A DNA stretch of 62,318 nucleotides, filler included. It is 3 parts of 3 records of this genome, joined end to end, with 100 filler letters (N's around TTAATTAATTAA, not from the genome) between each part and the next. Parts side by side here need not be neighbours in the genome. Positions count along the whole stretch, not along the records: positions 27,994 to 56,721 come from SRR31156797_681; 2 more parts are not named here. One strand, given 5' to 3'. A program made the position numbers and the translations under genes. Within the stretch, counting starts at the first letter, position 1, and each line of letters starts with the position of its first letter. Below are positions 30,476 to 39,603 of this stretch, one piece after another. The notes below the pieces were generated by a model, which ran no database searches, was not told the origin of the DNA, and saw only the letters and a list, made by a program, of their open reading frames with translations.

Positions 30476-31177
30476 ATGAAAAAAGTGTTTGTTATAGTTC
30501 TATCCGTGATAGGTGGATTCTGTGCTGTTATTGCACTATTATTAACTGCTGTACAGGTGGTTATTTTTGACGAATCAAGATATCACAATGCTTATGAAGA
30601 ATATAACAGATATGAATATATTGGAATATCCGAGGCAGATTTGCACAGAGTAACCCATGAATTGCTGGAATACATGAAGGGCAATCGTGAAGATCTCGTT
30701 ATGTATGCGGATATAAACGGTCAGGAAGAAATGGTATTCGAGGAGCGTGAACAGCTCCATATGGTAGATGTATTGAAGCTGTGCAATATTGGTTTTATCA
30801 TAAGAAATGTATGCTTCTTAATTGCCTGTGTATTTTTTATAATTGTACTCTGTATTTACAAAGACAGACCATGGAGGATAATATTAGCGGGCTATCTGTC
30901 AGGCTACGGCATAGTTATAGCAGGTCTTGTTGCATTGGTTATTGCGATGCTCAGGGATTTCTCTACCCTGTTTACCAAATTCCACTTGCTCTTATTTGAC
31001 AATGATTTGTGGCTCCTAGACCCAGATACGGATATTATGATAAATATGTTTCCAGAGGAATTCTTTAATACCTTGGGAATTGCTATAGGAGTGTATGCTA
31101 TTATTTTCATTGGAGTTCCTGCAATAGGAGCTATTATTTACTTTTCAATGAGCAAAAAGGCAAAGCTAAATGAATAA
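30476..31177 (+). CDS. lit: DUF1461/TIGR01906 protein, lipoprotein intramolecular transacylase-like
   Basis: EQLHMVDV and FTKFHLLLFDNDLWLLDP..MINMFPEEFF signature, 4 TMs. Confidence 0.8.
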   Translation: MKKVFVIVLSVIGGFCAVIALLLTAVQVVIFDESRYHNAYEEYNRYEYIGISEADLHRVTHELLEYMKGNREDLVMYADINGQEEMVFEEREQLHMVDVLKLCNIGFIIRNVCFLIACVFFIIVLCIYKDRPWRIILAGYLSGYGIVIAGLVALVIAMLRDFSTLFTKFHLLLFDNDLWLLDPDTDIMINMFPEEFFNTLGIAIGVYAIIFIGVPAIGAIIYFSMSKKAKLNE

Positions 31178-32192
31178 AGATACAATTATACTTGCAATTG
31201 AGACTTCCTGCGACGAGACATCGGCATCCGTAGTAGTTAACGGCAGAGATGTAAAGTCAATGATTGTCTCATCACAAATAAAGGATCATATGGTATACGG
31301 CGGTGTAGTGCCAGAAGTGGCATCCAGAAAGCATCTGGAGAATATATCGTGGGTGGTACAATCTGCTATGGATGATGCAGATATTTCTTTTAATGATTTA
31401 GACGCAGTTGCTGTAACAAAAGGTCCTGGCTTAGTCGGTGCACTGCTGGTTGGTGTATCCTACGCAAAGGGATTGAGCCTCTCGCTGGATATTCCTCTCA
31501 TTGGAGCTCATCATATAGACGGACATATTAATTCCAATTATATTACCCATAAGGATTTGGAGCCTGAGTTTCTTACTCTGGTAGTTTCCGGCGGACATAC
31601 CCTTATCGCAAAGTGCACAGATTACGGCAAATATGAGATACTAGGTCAGTCCAGAGATGATGCTGCTGGTGAGGCATTTGACAAAGGGGCAAGACTCTTA
31701 GGACTTCCCTATCCCGGCGGAAAAGAGATAGATGATTTAGCAAAAGAAGGCAACATAGAGGCTATCCAATTCCCAAGAGCACAGCTTACAGGTAATCAAC
31801 TGGATTTTAGCTTCAGCGGTGTAAAAACTGCACTTTTGCAGTATCTCAAAAAGCATGGTGAAGAGCATATGAAGGCAAATATCAATGATATTGCTGCTTC
31901 ATATCAGGAGGCAATTATTGATGCTTTGGTCAAGAATACTCGTAAAGCTCTGATAGAAACAGGGCAAAAGAAGCTATCCATTGCAGGTGGAGTGGCTGCT
32001 AATTCCAGACTTCGTCACGCAATGAGCAATATGTGCAATGAAATAGGAGTTACACTGTATTTGCCAGAGCTAAAATACTGCGGTGATAATGCAGCAATGA
32101 TTGGCACAACGGCATATTATATGTATCAAAGAGGTGAAATAGCAAAAATTGATATGAATGCAGTACCTAGCATTAGTCTGGAGAGTGTATAA
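31170..32192 (+). CDS. tsaD: tRNA N6-threonylcarbamoyltransferase TsaD
   Basis: AIETSCDETS, GGVVPEVASR, HIDGH, DDAAGEAFDK and DNAAMI. Confidence 0.97.
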   Translation: MNKDTIILAIETSCDETSASVVVNGRDVKSMIVSSQIKDHMVYGGVVPEVASRKHLENISWVVQSAMDDADISFNDLDAVAVTKGPGLVGALLVGVSYAKGLSLSLDIPLIGAHHIDGHINSNYITHKDLEPEFLTLVVSGGHTLIAKCTDYGKYEILGQSRDDAAGEAFDKGARLLGLPYPGGKEIDDLAKEGNIEAIQFPRAQLTGNQLDFSFSGVKTALLQYLKKHGEEHMKANINDIAASYQEAIIDALVKNTRKALIETGQKKLSIAGGVAANSRLRHAMSNMCNEIGVTLYLPELKYCGDNAAMIGTTAYYMYQRGEIAKIDMNAVPSISLESV

Positions 32193-32611
32193 TGTTTATT
32201 GATACTGTGAAAACAAAGGACACATCAGTATTTTTGGGAGATGTGGAGGAAGTAAGGCGAAAAGATCCTGTGGTGCTGGCATATATCGGAGACAGTCTGT
32301 ATGATTTATATGTACGGACCAGACTGGTATCCCGCAAGGATTATAAGGTTCATTCTCTGCACAAGATGGCAATAGCATATGTGTGTGCAAATGGTCAGGC
32401 AAAAAGCATGGATAAAATTGCAGATATGCTTACAGAGGACGAAGCTGATATTGTTCGCAGGGCAAAGAATGCAAAGACTACACCGCCAAAAAACTGCGAC
32501 AGAGCAACCTATTTCAAGGCTACAGCATTTGAAGCTCTGGCTGGATATCTGTATCTTTCAGGGCGGAATGAAAGAATTGATGAGATTTTTGAGATTGCAT
32601 TTGAAAGATAA
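32192..32611 (+). CDS. mrnC: Mini-ribonuclease III
   Basis: LAYIGDSLY and ATAFEALAGYL, with no dsRBD. Confidence 0.92.
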   Translation: MFIDTVKTKDTSVFLGDVEEVRRKDPVVLAYIGDSLYDLYVRTRLVSRKDYKVHSLHKMAIAYVCANGQAKSMDKIADMLTEDEADIVRRAKNAKTTPPKNCDRATYFKATAFEALAGYLYLSGRNERIDEIFEIAFER

Positions 32612-32627
32612 GCAAACACTTATAAAG

Positions 32628-32657
32628 TTTCTTATCCAATCGGATAGGAAATTTTTT
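32628..32657 (+). terminator. intrinsic terminator after mrnC
   Basis: TTTCTTATCC-AATC-GGATAGGAAA followed by a T-run. Confidence 0.6.
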
Positions 32658-32745
32658 AGTATAATAAATATCATACTAATTAAATAGACAACTGTATATT
32701 ATTGTGCAATAATATGATACAAATGTAAATCATAAAGGAGAACAT

Positions 32746-33486
32746 ATGAGTCAGGTAAAACTAAAGGTAGAGCTCCTAAGAAGCACCTATAATTCTGCTG
32801 AAATTGTGGCAATGGCGGCAAAGCTATGCTACAGCGACGCTGAAATTGATGAGATTGCAAAAGGACTTCAAGGAAGAGATATTTCAAAATACATTAAGAT
32901 TTTGGTGGATATGGGACACATGTCAGTCATTGAACACACCAGTTTCACCTTTGGTATTGAGGGAGTATCACGCTCATTTCTGGCTCAGGCTACAAGACAT
33001 CGCCTTGCCTCATTTTCTGTTAAATCCCAACGCTATGTAGGTCAGAAGAAAAGCGACGGTGAAACATTTAATTATATAATTCCGCCAAAAATTGAAGCTC
33101 TTGGCGATGAAATAGTTGAAATATATAAAGAACAAATGGAAACAATACAAATGTGGTACAACGACTGGGTTGATATCTTAGGCGATAATGGTGAAAGTAC
33201 ATATGAAGATGCCAGATTTGTATTGCCTAATGCTACAGAAACGAAAATGATAGTCACAATGAATGCACGGGAGCTATTACACTTCTTCTCCATAAGATGC
33301 TGTAATCGTGCACAATGGGAAATCCGAGAGGTCGCATGGGAGATGCTGAGACTGGTAAAAGGCGTAGTGCCAGAAATCTTTGTAAATGCTGGACCAAACT
33401 GTGTAAAGGGTAAGTGCACCGAGGGTAGGAAATCCTGTGGAGAGCAGGAGCAAATACGCAAAAAGGCGGAATCTCTGAATGGATAG
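32746..33486 (+). CDS. thyX: FAD-dependent thymidylate synthase ThyX
   Basis: GHMSVIEH, RHRLASFSVKSQRY, EDARFVLP and AQWEIR. Confidence 0.96.
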   Translation: MSQVKLKVELLRSTYNSAEIVAMAAKLCYSDAEIDEIAKGLQGRDISKYIKILVDMGHMSVIEHTSFTFGIEGVSRSFLAQATRHRLASFSVKSQRYVGQKKSDGETFNYIIPPKIEALGDEIVEIYKEQMETIQMWYNDWVDILGDNGESTYEDARFVLPNATETKMIVTMNARELLHFFSIRCCNRAQWEIREVAWEMLRLVKGVVPEIFVNAGPNCVKGKCTEGRKSCGEQEQIRKKAESLNG

Positions 33487-34219
33487 AATACAGATAGAGG
33501 GCAAAAATGCAATCATTGAAGCCCTAAAGGCAAAACTATCGATAGATAAAATACTAATACAAAACACAATTGAAAAGCACAAAGTGGGAGATATACTCCA
33601 CCTTGCAAAAGAGAACAAAGCGGTCGTAGAATTTGTCCCCAAAGCACGCCTAGAAAAGATCTCAAAGTCACATTCGCATCAGGGAATAATCGCCTATATA
33701 GCACCTATTGAATATGCTGATTTTGATGAAATGGTAGATGAAGCAATGGCAGGCAGTAAGTCTCCTCTATTTTTAATACTGGATGAAATCCAAGACCCTC
33801 ATAATTTTGGCGCAATAATCAGAAGCGCAGTATGCGCAGGTGCAGCTGGCATTATAGTACCTCAGAGAAGATGTGCTCCAATATCTGCTGTTACATATAA
33901 GGCATCAGCTGGAGCAATATCACATATAAGGATTGCAAAGGTAAATAATCTGGCAAATGCAATAGATACTATGAAGAGCAAAAACATTTGGGTAGCAGGA
34001 ACAGATGCAGATGGTACTAACTGCTATGAGACTGATTTGACAGGTGCATTGGCACTGGTAATAGGTTCAGAAGGCAAAGGTATTCGCAGACTGATAAGAG
34101 AAAAGTGTGACTTCGTTACTGCAATCCCTTTAACAGGTTTAATTAGTTCTCTAAATGCATCTGTTGCAGCAGGCATTTTGATGTTTGAGAGTATAAGGCA
34201 GAGGGCAGAACTGGATTGA
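33479..34219 (+). CDS. rlmB: 23S rRNA G2251 2'-O-methyltransferase
   Basis: HQG, DPHNFGAIIRSA, GSEGKG and SLNASVA (SPOUT fold). Confidence 0.94.
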   Translation: MDRIQIEGKNAIIEALKAKLSIDKILIQNTIEKHKVGDILHLAKENKAVVEFVPKARLEKISKSHSHQGIIAYIAPIEYADFDEMVDEAMAGSKSPLFLILDEIQDPHNFGAIIRSAVCAGAAGIIVPQRRCAPISAVTYKASAGAISHIRIAKVNNLANAIDTMKSKNIWVAGTDADGTNCYETDLTGALALVIGSEGKGIRRLIREKCDFVTAIPLTGLISSLNASVAAGILMFESIRQRAELD

Positions 34220-34719
34220 TGAAGGATATACTCTTTGTAGACGGCTACAATATCATACACGCATGGGGCGAATTAAGGGATTTAGCTTTTTCGGTTAATT
34301 TGCAGGCAGCGAGAGAACGTCTAGCAGATGTTATTGGTGAATATGCATCAATGTCTGATTTAACAGCGTATATTGTCTACGATGCACATATGGTAAAGGG
34401 AGCAGCTAACCGTATAGAGGAATGTCCCGGCGTAACTGTTGTGTATACCAAAGAGCATCAGACGGCAGATTCCTATATTGAAATACACGTAGCCAAGCTG
34501 GATAGATACAGACAGAATATTTATGTAGCTACTTCCGATGCTACAGAGCAGATAGTGGTATTATCTCAGGGAGCTATTAGGATATCGTCAAGAGAACTTC
34601 AGCGATTGGTAAAGCAAAAAAAGCAATATGAAAAATTGGAGCAAAACAAAGCGAATGCAGCAGATATCGGGTCTATGCTGGATAAGGATATATTAGCAAA
34701 ACTAAAAGATATTAAATAG
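34219..34719 (+). CDS. yacP: NYN domain ribonuclease YacP/Rae1
   Basis: VDGYNII, YDA, TADSYIE and ATSD. Confidence 0.9.
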   Translation: MKDILFVDGYNIIHAWGELRDLAFSVNLQAARERLADVIGEYASMSDLTAYIVYDAHMVKGAANRIEECPGVTVVYTKEHQTADSYIEIHVAKLDRYRQNIYVATSDATEQIVVLSQGAIRISSRELQRLVKQKKQYEKLEQNKANAADIGSMLDKDILAKLKDIK

Positions 34720-34734
34720 TACAAGGAGGAATAT

Positions 34735-34932
34735 ATGAAATGCGGATGCCAGAAATGCGGCTATTTGATGGATCATAATGAAAAAGGCGAGGACAGTTAT
34801 TGCGTCTGTCCTGTGTGTCTGCACGAATGCCGTGATTGTATGGGAGGAGAAAACCCTAGATTTCATATGATAGACAGAGAAACAGCAAAAGCTATGAAGC
34901 AAGAGGTGAAAAGCAAAAAGAATCAGTATTGA
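34735..34932 (+). CDS. small Cys-rich putative metal-binding protein
   Basis: AAGGAGG RBS. 65 aa with 8 Cys (CGCQKC..CVCPVC..C..C). Confidence 0.7.
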   Translation: MKCGCQKCGYLMDHNEKGEDSYCVCPVCLHECRDCMGGENPRFHMIDRETAKAMKQEVKSKKNQY

Positions 34933-35074
34933 TTTCTCGATATGATTCGATAAATATTAACATTTTATACGAAATTACACTAAAATAACATATTTATATG
35001 GTAAACAAGTGGTAATTCATGGTATGATACAAGTATGCGTTATGCATAGAATAAAATTATTTGGAGGATTTATA

Positions 35075-35251
35075 ATGAGATTATCAGCACCAAAATTTAT
35101 CGTATTCTTAATATCACTAGTTGTAGTTGTAGCAGCAGCACTAAGCTTCTTTGGAGTAGTTTCTATTCCAGTTGTTGGCGGCAATGAAATCTACTTTGCA
35201 CTAGGCGGCTACGTACTACTAATGCTGGGTAACATCTTAAAAGGGTTTTAA
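35075..35251 (+). CDS. small two-TM hypothetical membrane protein
   Basis: GGAGG RBS, 58 aa (MRLSAPK...LGNILKGF), followed by a hairpin. Confidence 0.75.
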   Translation: MRLSAPKFIVFLISLVVVVAAALSFFGVVSIPVVGGNEIYFALGGYVLLMLGNILKGF

Positions 35252-35295
35252 GAGATTTAAGAAGGTATAGTACAAGAGTACTTAATAACAACAAT

Positions 35296-35328
35296 AACAA
35301 GTCATTGCTTAGCGTGACTTGTTTATTT
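35296..35328 (+). terminator. intrinsic terminator
   Basis: AACAAGTCA...TGACTTGTT followed by TATTT. Confidence 0.6.
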
Positions 35329-35344
35329 AATTTTGTGTTATATT

Positions 35345-36562
35345 ATGAGATTTAATAGATTAAGGATAATTATAATATATTTATTGGGTACATTGCTTGT
35401 TGGATGCAGTAAATATAATCAAATTACAGAGCCGATAATTGCAATGGAGCTTTTTGGTGAAAAGAATGTAATCATAAATTTTGGATGTAATTATATAGAT
35501 GAGGGAGTGCTGATAACAGAAGACGGTACAGATGTCAGCGCTCAAGCTGAGGTTATCAGCAATCTTGATAAGTATTCAATAGGTGAATATACTATAGAAT
35601 ACATTTATAATAATAAATCACTTATACGTAATGTCAAGGTAATTGACACACAGCCTCCGAAAATAATATTACAGGGTAATAGTACGGTTTATATTGCAGA
35701 GGGACAGGTATTTACGGAACCGGGATATGAAGCTATGGATAATTATGACGGTGATATTTCGCAAGCAGTTATTGTGAAAAATGATGTAGATATTCATACC
35801 GAAGGCGAATATATTCTGGAATATACTGTGCAGGATAGCAGTTGTAATATAACCAGTGCAAATCGTACAGTTGTTGTAAAGACTTCTCCTCTGACTCAGA
35901 GTCTGGAGGAGTTTACTCTGAAAAATTTATTTGAAGACACTATCCTACCTGAACATGCAGGAGATTTAGAGACGTTTGAATCTACAACCGTTATGATTGG
36001 CGATTCCAGAAATCAGAGTTTTGCATATTATGATTTGATAGATGAAAATAATGTGTGGGGCACAGAGGGACTGACTCCATTCAAGATTTATGACAAAAAG
36101 GTACTCCATCACGGAACGCTGGAGAGAAGACATGTAATGGATATGGTTGCTAAGTATCAGCCGAAGATAATTATTTTCTCAATGGGTGTGGAATGTGTAG
36201 GAGCATATCCACCGGAAGATATTGCAGATGCTTATAGAAAGTTTTTGCAGGAGTTAATGGAAGAGTTTCCTGATACGAAGATTGTAATACACTCGATGAT
36301 GCCCGTTCATGAAAAATATGATTTACACTCTATCAACATCTGGCATCCTAGCAATCAGAAGATTAATATTGTCAATTATTATTTAGCTGGTATGTGTGCT
36401 GATTTGGGTATTTACTACATAGACTCATCCAGTGTGTTAAAAAATGAAAAAGGTCTTGGCGATCCTCAATATTTCACTGATGATAAAGTTCATCTGAATG
36501 CCAAGGGTCAGACCTTGATATTTGATTATATTCTTTCTCATTCTCTTTTAACAGATGAATAA
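35345..36562 (+). CDS. lipoprotein with two DUF5011/Ig-like domains and an SGNH domain (paralog 1)
   Basis: Lipobox LVGC, DTQPPKIIL.G, DNYDGDIS, IGDS and DDKVHLN. Start codon uncertain. Confidence 0.85.
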   Translation: MRFNRLRIIIIYLLGTLLVGCSKYNQITEPIIAMELFGEKNVIINFGCNYIDEGVLITEDGTDVSAQAEVISNLDKYSIGEYTIEYIYNNKSLIRNVKVIDTQPPKIILQGNSTVYIAEGQVFTEPGYEAMDNYDGDISQAVIVKNDVDIHTEGEYILEYTVQDSSCNITSANRTVVVKTSPLTQSLEEFTLKNLFEDTILPEHAGDLETFESTTVMIGDSRNQSFAYYDLIDENNVWGTEGLTPFKIYDKKVLHHGTLERRHVMDMVAKYQPKIIIFSMGVECVGAYPPEDIADAYRKFLQELMEEFPDTKIVIHSMMPVHEKYDLHSINIWHPSNQKINIVNYYLAGMCADLGIYYIDSSSVLKNEKGLGDPQYFTDDKVHLNAKGQTLIFDYILSHSLLTDE

Positions 36563-37690
36563 TCATTTGATTTTCAGTATCCCTAAATCATTTTTTATAG
36601 TTTCAATATTGTATAGAAACAGCACCTCTTGAATATCATTTTCGTTTACATATTCGCTTAGTGTTTCGCTGAAATAACGCATGTCAATGACATAAATCTT
36701 GCTATAGTGATTGGCTAAATAAGGTATAAATATATTAGCATATGAGTCTTTTACAACTGCAATTGATTTATCGTTTGCAACAGAACTATTTGTTACTTTT
36801 ATCAGAGGCTGATTACCATCTAAAAAGTACGAATACTTATCCTTGGTACTTAGGTATTCCTCAAAGTACAGACTGTCGCAGCTGGTTTCATTTATCAGAT
36901 TTTCGTACAAGAGAGTTGGTGTATCCTTTGGTTGCAGTACGTCTATTGTGTCAGGAGTATATTCATAATAAGTGCTTTTGGAGTAATATGTACCGTTAAA
37001 ATCATCTGTAACAGTGACAACATCAAAATCATTAATATCAATAGGGACAATATCTGCAGCACAGCAGAACTCAGAATATGCGTAGTATGCACCGTAGCTA
37101 TTCCAGTGGTGATCCAGCCTGAAGTACAGGGGATAGTTTTGCTTTTGCTCAAATAGTATTTCTGTAATATTTATCGTGCAGATACCGTTAAGCTTATTAT
37201 AGAATGAATTAATATCTTCTGACTGATTCATATCGCTGGCGAATTTGGGTTTGTACTCTGAATAAACCAGATTTGAAGTTGGTGCCAGTATAAAATACAC
37301 CTTAGCTTCTGTGCTATCAGCAAAGGAACTTATTCTGTCACAATGATTATTCATCATTTTTTCTTCATACTCTTTATATTCTTTTATCAGATATTCATTT
37401 TCACCAAGATAAATAGAATTCTGGCTGGTTTTGCCTATAGCTTTTTCACATACGCTCTTTATGCCCACAATATTATCTCTAAATGGAAAATGATCATTGA
37501 TATACAGCTCAATATCTTCCATTAATTCGCCGGAAAACAGTGCCTGCCATGAAACTTCTGGTGGCTTTTGCAGATATCGATTTTCATTGAAGCTGATATC
37601 TTTTTTTGGCGTTATTATAAATAGTGCTACAGAGACTATAATAACAGCACATGAGAAAACTAATATTATTGTTTTGGAAAGCTTTGTCAT
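36563..37690 (-). CDS. DHHW family protein (AlgJ/AlgX-like acyltransferase)
   Basis: ENRYL, DHFPFRD, RLDHHW and KDSYA. Confidence 0.88.
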   Translation of the reverse strand: MTKLSKTIILVFSCAVIIVSVALFIITPKKDISFNENRYLQKPPEVSWQALFSGELMEDIELYINDHFPFRDNIVGIKSVCEKAIGKTSQNSIYLGENEYLIKEYKEYEEKMMNNHCDRISSFADSTEAKVYFILAPTSNLVYSEYKPKFASDMNQSEDINSFYNKLNGICTINITEILFEQKQNYPLYFRLDHHWNSYGAYYAYSEFCCAADIVPIDINDFDVVTVTDDFNGTYYSKSTYYEYTPDTIDVLQPKDTPTLLYENLINETSCDSLYFEEYLSTKDKYSYFLDGNQPLIKVTNSSVANDKSIAVVKDSYANIFIPYLANHYSKIYVIDMRYFSETLSEYVNENDIQEVLFLYNIETIKNDLGILKIK

Positions 37691-37699
37691 ACCTACCTC

Positions 37700-39088
37700 T
37701 TAAAATCTGAAATACAAAAATGGATTGAATGTATTATCCACTATGTACATAATGCTTAGCAAAAATATTAAAACATAAAATCCTACGTAAACTACATTGG
37801 CGAGCTTCCCTTTTGGCATCTTGATGTATTGCCTTATTGGCAGGCTAAAGATAACGCATGCAATTAGTATTACTGCATAATTACTGATAGAGAATAAGAA
37901 GTCGCTGTCGATGAAATTCCCTGCACTAAACATTCTGCCTAGATACAGTGCGATATTCTTCGGTGTATCCAGCATAAATATTACCCAGCCTATTATGACC
38001 AGAAGCATAGTATAGATGTGTTTGACAGGCTTTGGACTTTTACTCAAAAGATTGTTTATTACGAATTTCTCAATGATTAATATTATACCGAAATAAGCAC
38101 CCCATATAATGAAATTCCATGCTGCTCCGTGCCACATGCCGGTCAGAGACCAGACAATAAGAATATTGAATATATTTCGTGATGTACTTACCCTGTTTCC
38201 GCCTAAGGGGATGTATATATAGTCCTTGAACCATGTTGACAGTGACATATGCCACCTCTGCCAGAAGTTAGTAATACTATCTGCGATATAGGGATAGCTG
38301 AAGTTCTCAGGATAGGTAAAGCCGAATATCAAACCCATACCTATTGCCATATCTGAGTAACCGGAAAAGTCAAAAAATATCTGAAATGTAAATGCTATAG
38401 CTCCCAGCCATGCTGTCAATGTTGACATTTGACTTGGTGTAGTGTCTATAATGCTGGCAGCTAATAATCCTATACTGTTTGCTAGCAGGACTTTCTTTCC
38501 CAGACCCTGCAGCAGACGGAGAGTGCCCTTTAGTACATTTTCCTTTTTTATTATTCTGCTTTTTAGCTCCTGCTGAATTGATTTATAGCGGACAATTGGA
38601 CCTGCAATAAGCTGAGGGAACATGGATACATATGCCATGAAGTTGAGGAAGTTCTTTTCTGCCTTTACGTTCTTTCTATAGACATCTATGCTATAGGACA
38701 TAGTCTGAAAAGTATAGAAGCTGATGCCAATGGGAAGACGCAGATTTTTGTGCATTATGCCGAGATTAAATGCAGCATTGATATTATCAATTATAAATGA
38801 TGAGTATTTGAAATATCCCAACAGGGATAGATTGACAGCTATGCTTATTATGAGGAATAGCTTTGGGATAAATTTCTTATCCCTGTATTTCTCTATCATC
38901 CTGCCGTTGGTGTAGTCAACAACAGATGAAAATATCATTAGTGCGATGTATACTGGCTCTCCCCATGCATAGAAAATCAGGCTGAAAATGAGTAGCACAA
39001 CATTCCGCCATTTATCCTTGGCAATAAAATAGAATAATAGAACCAGCGGCAGGAAAGCGAATATAAAGATTAGTGAGCTAAAGACCAT
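37700..39088 (-). CDS. MBOAT O-acyltransferase (AlgI/PatA/DltB family)
   Basis: LPIGISFYTFQ, FPQLIAGPIVRY, DFSGYSDMAIG, FWQRWHMSL and TGMWHGA. Confidence 0.95.
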   Translation of the reverse strand: MVFSSLIFIFAFLPLVLLFYFIAKDKWRNVVLLIFSLIFYAWGEPVYIALMIFSSVVDYTNGRMIEKYRDKKFIPKLFLIISIAVNLSLLGYFKYSSFIIDNINAAFNLGIMHKNLRLPIGISFYTFQTMSYSIDVYRKNVKAEKNFLNFMAYVSMFPQLIAGPIVRYKSIQQELKSRIIKKENVLKGTLRLLQGLGKKVLLANSIGLLAASIIDTTPSQMSTLTAWLGAIAFTFQIFFDFSGYSDMAIGMGLIFGFTYPENFSYPYIADSITNFWQRWHMSLSTWFKDYIYIPLGGNRVSTSRNIFNILIVWSLTGMWHGAAWNFIIWGAYFGIILIIEKFVINNLLSKSPKPVKHIYTMLLVIIGWVIFMLDTPKNIALYLGRMFSAGNFIDSDFLFSISNYAVILIACVIFSLPIRQYIKMPKGKLANVVYVGFYVLIFLLSIMYIVDNTFNPFLYFRF

Positions 39089-39091
39089 AAT

Positions 39092-39577
39092 CTATTTCTT
39101 TGACCTGTTGATAGCATTAATTACAGCAGAGTTGTCCTCTGATATTGTATAGATTATATAGTCACCTTTATCAATGGTGTAGTAATCCTCTACCAGTGCA
39201 AATTCCTCTGGTGCATACAAATCAAATGTATCCTTGTACATATCCATGAAAGATGTAATGTCTGTTTTTACTTTATCTTCATTACCTTCACTTGGCAGAA
39301 AAATCATACAAATAGAGGATTTCAAGGGATCGCTGTGTTTGTAGACGAAGTATTCGTCCAGTATTGAAACGTCCAGCAACAGTTGATTAGCAATCTCTTC
39401 TCCAGTCAGGAGATTACCCTCATCATATAGATTCAGTTCATTTAGATTGCTTTCAAGAACAGCATAGTCATATGCTATTATATCGCTGGAATTGCTGGTA
39501 TCAGCAGGTGTATCATTGTCTATTGAGCATGAGCACATAAGCAGCGCAAAAAGGATTAATAATACTATTCTCTTCAT
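39092..39577 (-). CDS. DUF4358-like lipoprotein
   Basis: Lipobox-like MCSC, F..Y.P.E motif and G.YIIYTIS. Typical position upstream of an MBOAT gene. Confidence 0.7.
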   Translation of the reverse strand: MKRIVLLILFALLMCSCSIDNDTPADTSNSSDIIAYDYAVLESNLNELNLYDEGNLLTGEEIANQLLLDVSILDEYFVYKHSDPLKSSICMIFLPSEGNEDKVKTDITSFMDMYKDTFDLYAPEEFALVEDYYTIDKGDYIIYTISEDNSAVINAINRSKK

Positions 39578-39603
39578 TCTTTTACCTCGTATATATAAAT
39601 ATT

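Noticed and set aside
12179..32192. Two tsaD genes suggesting a duplication
   Set aside because: They lie on different contigs from different organisms, separated by an artificial linker.
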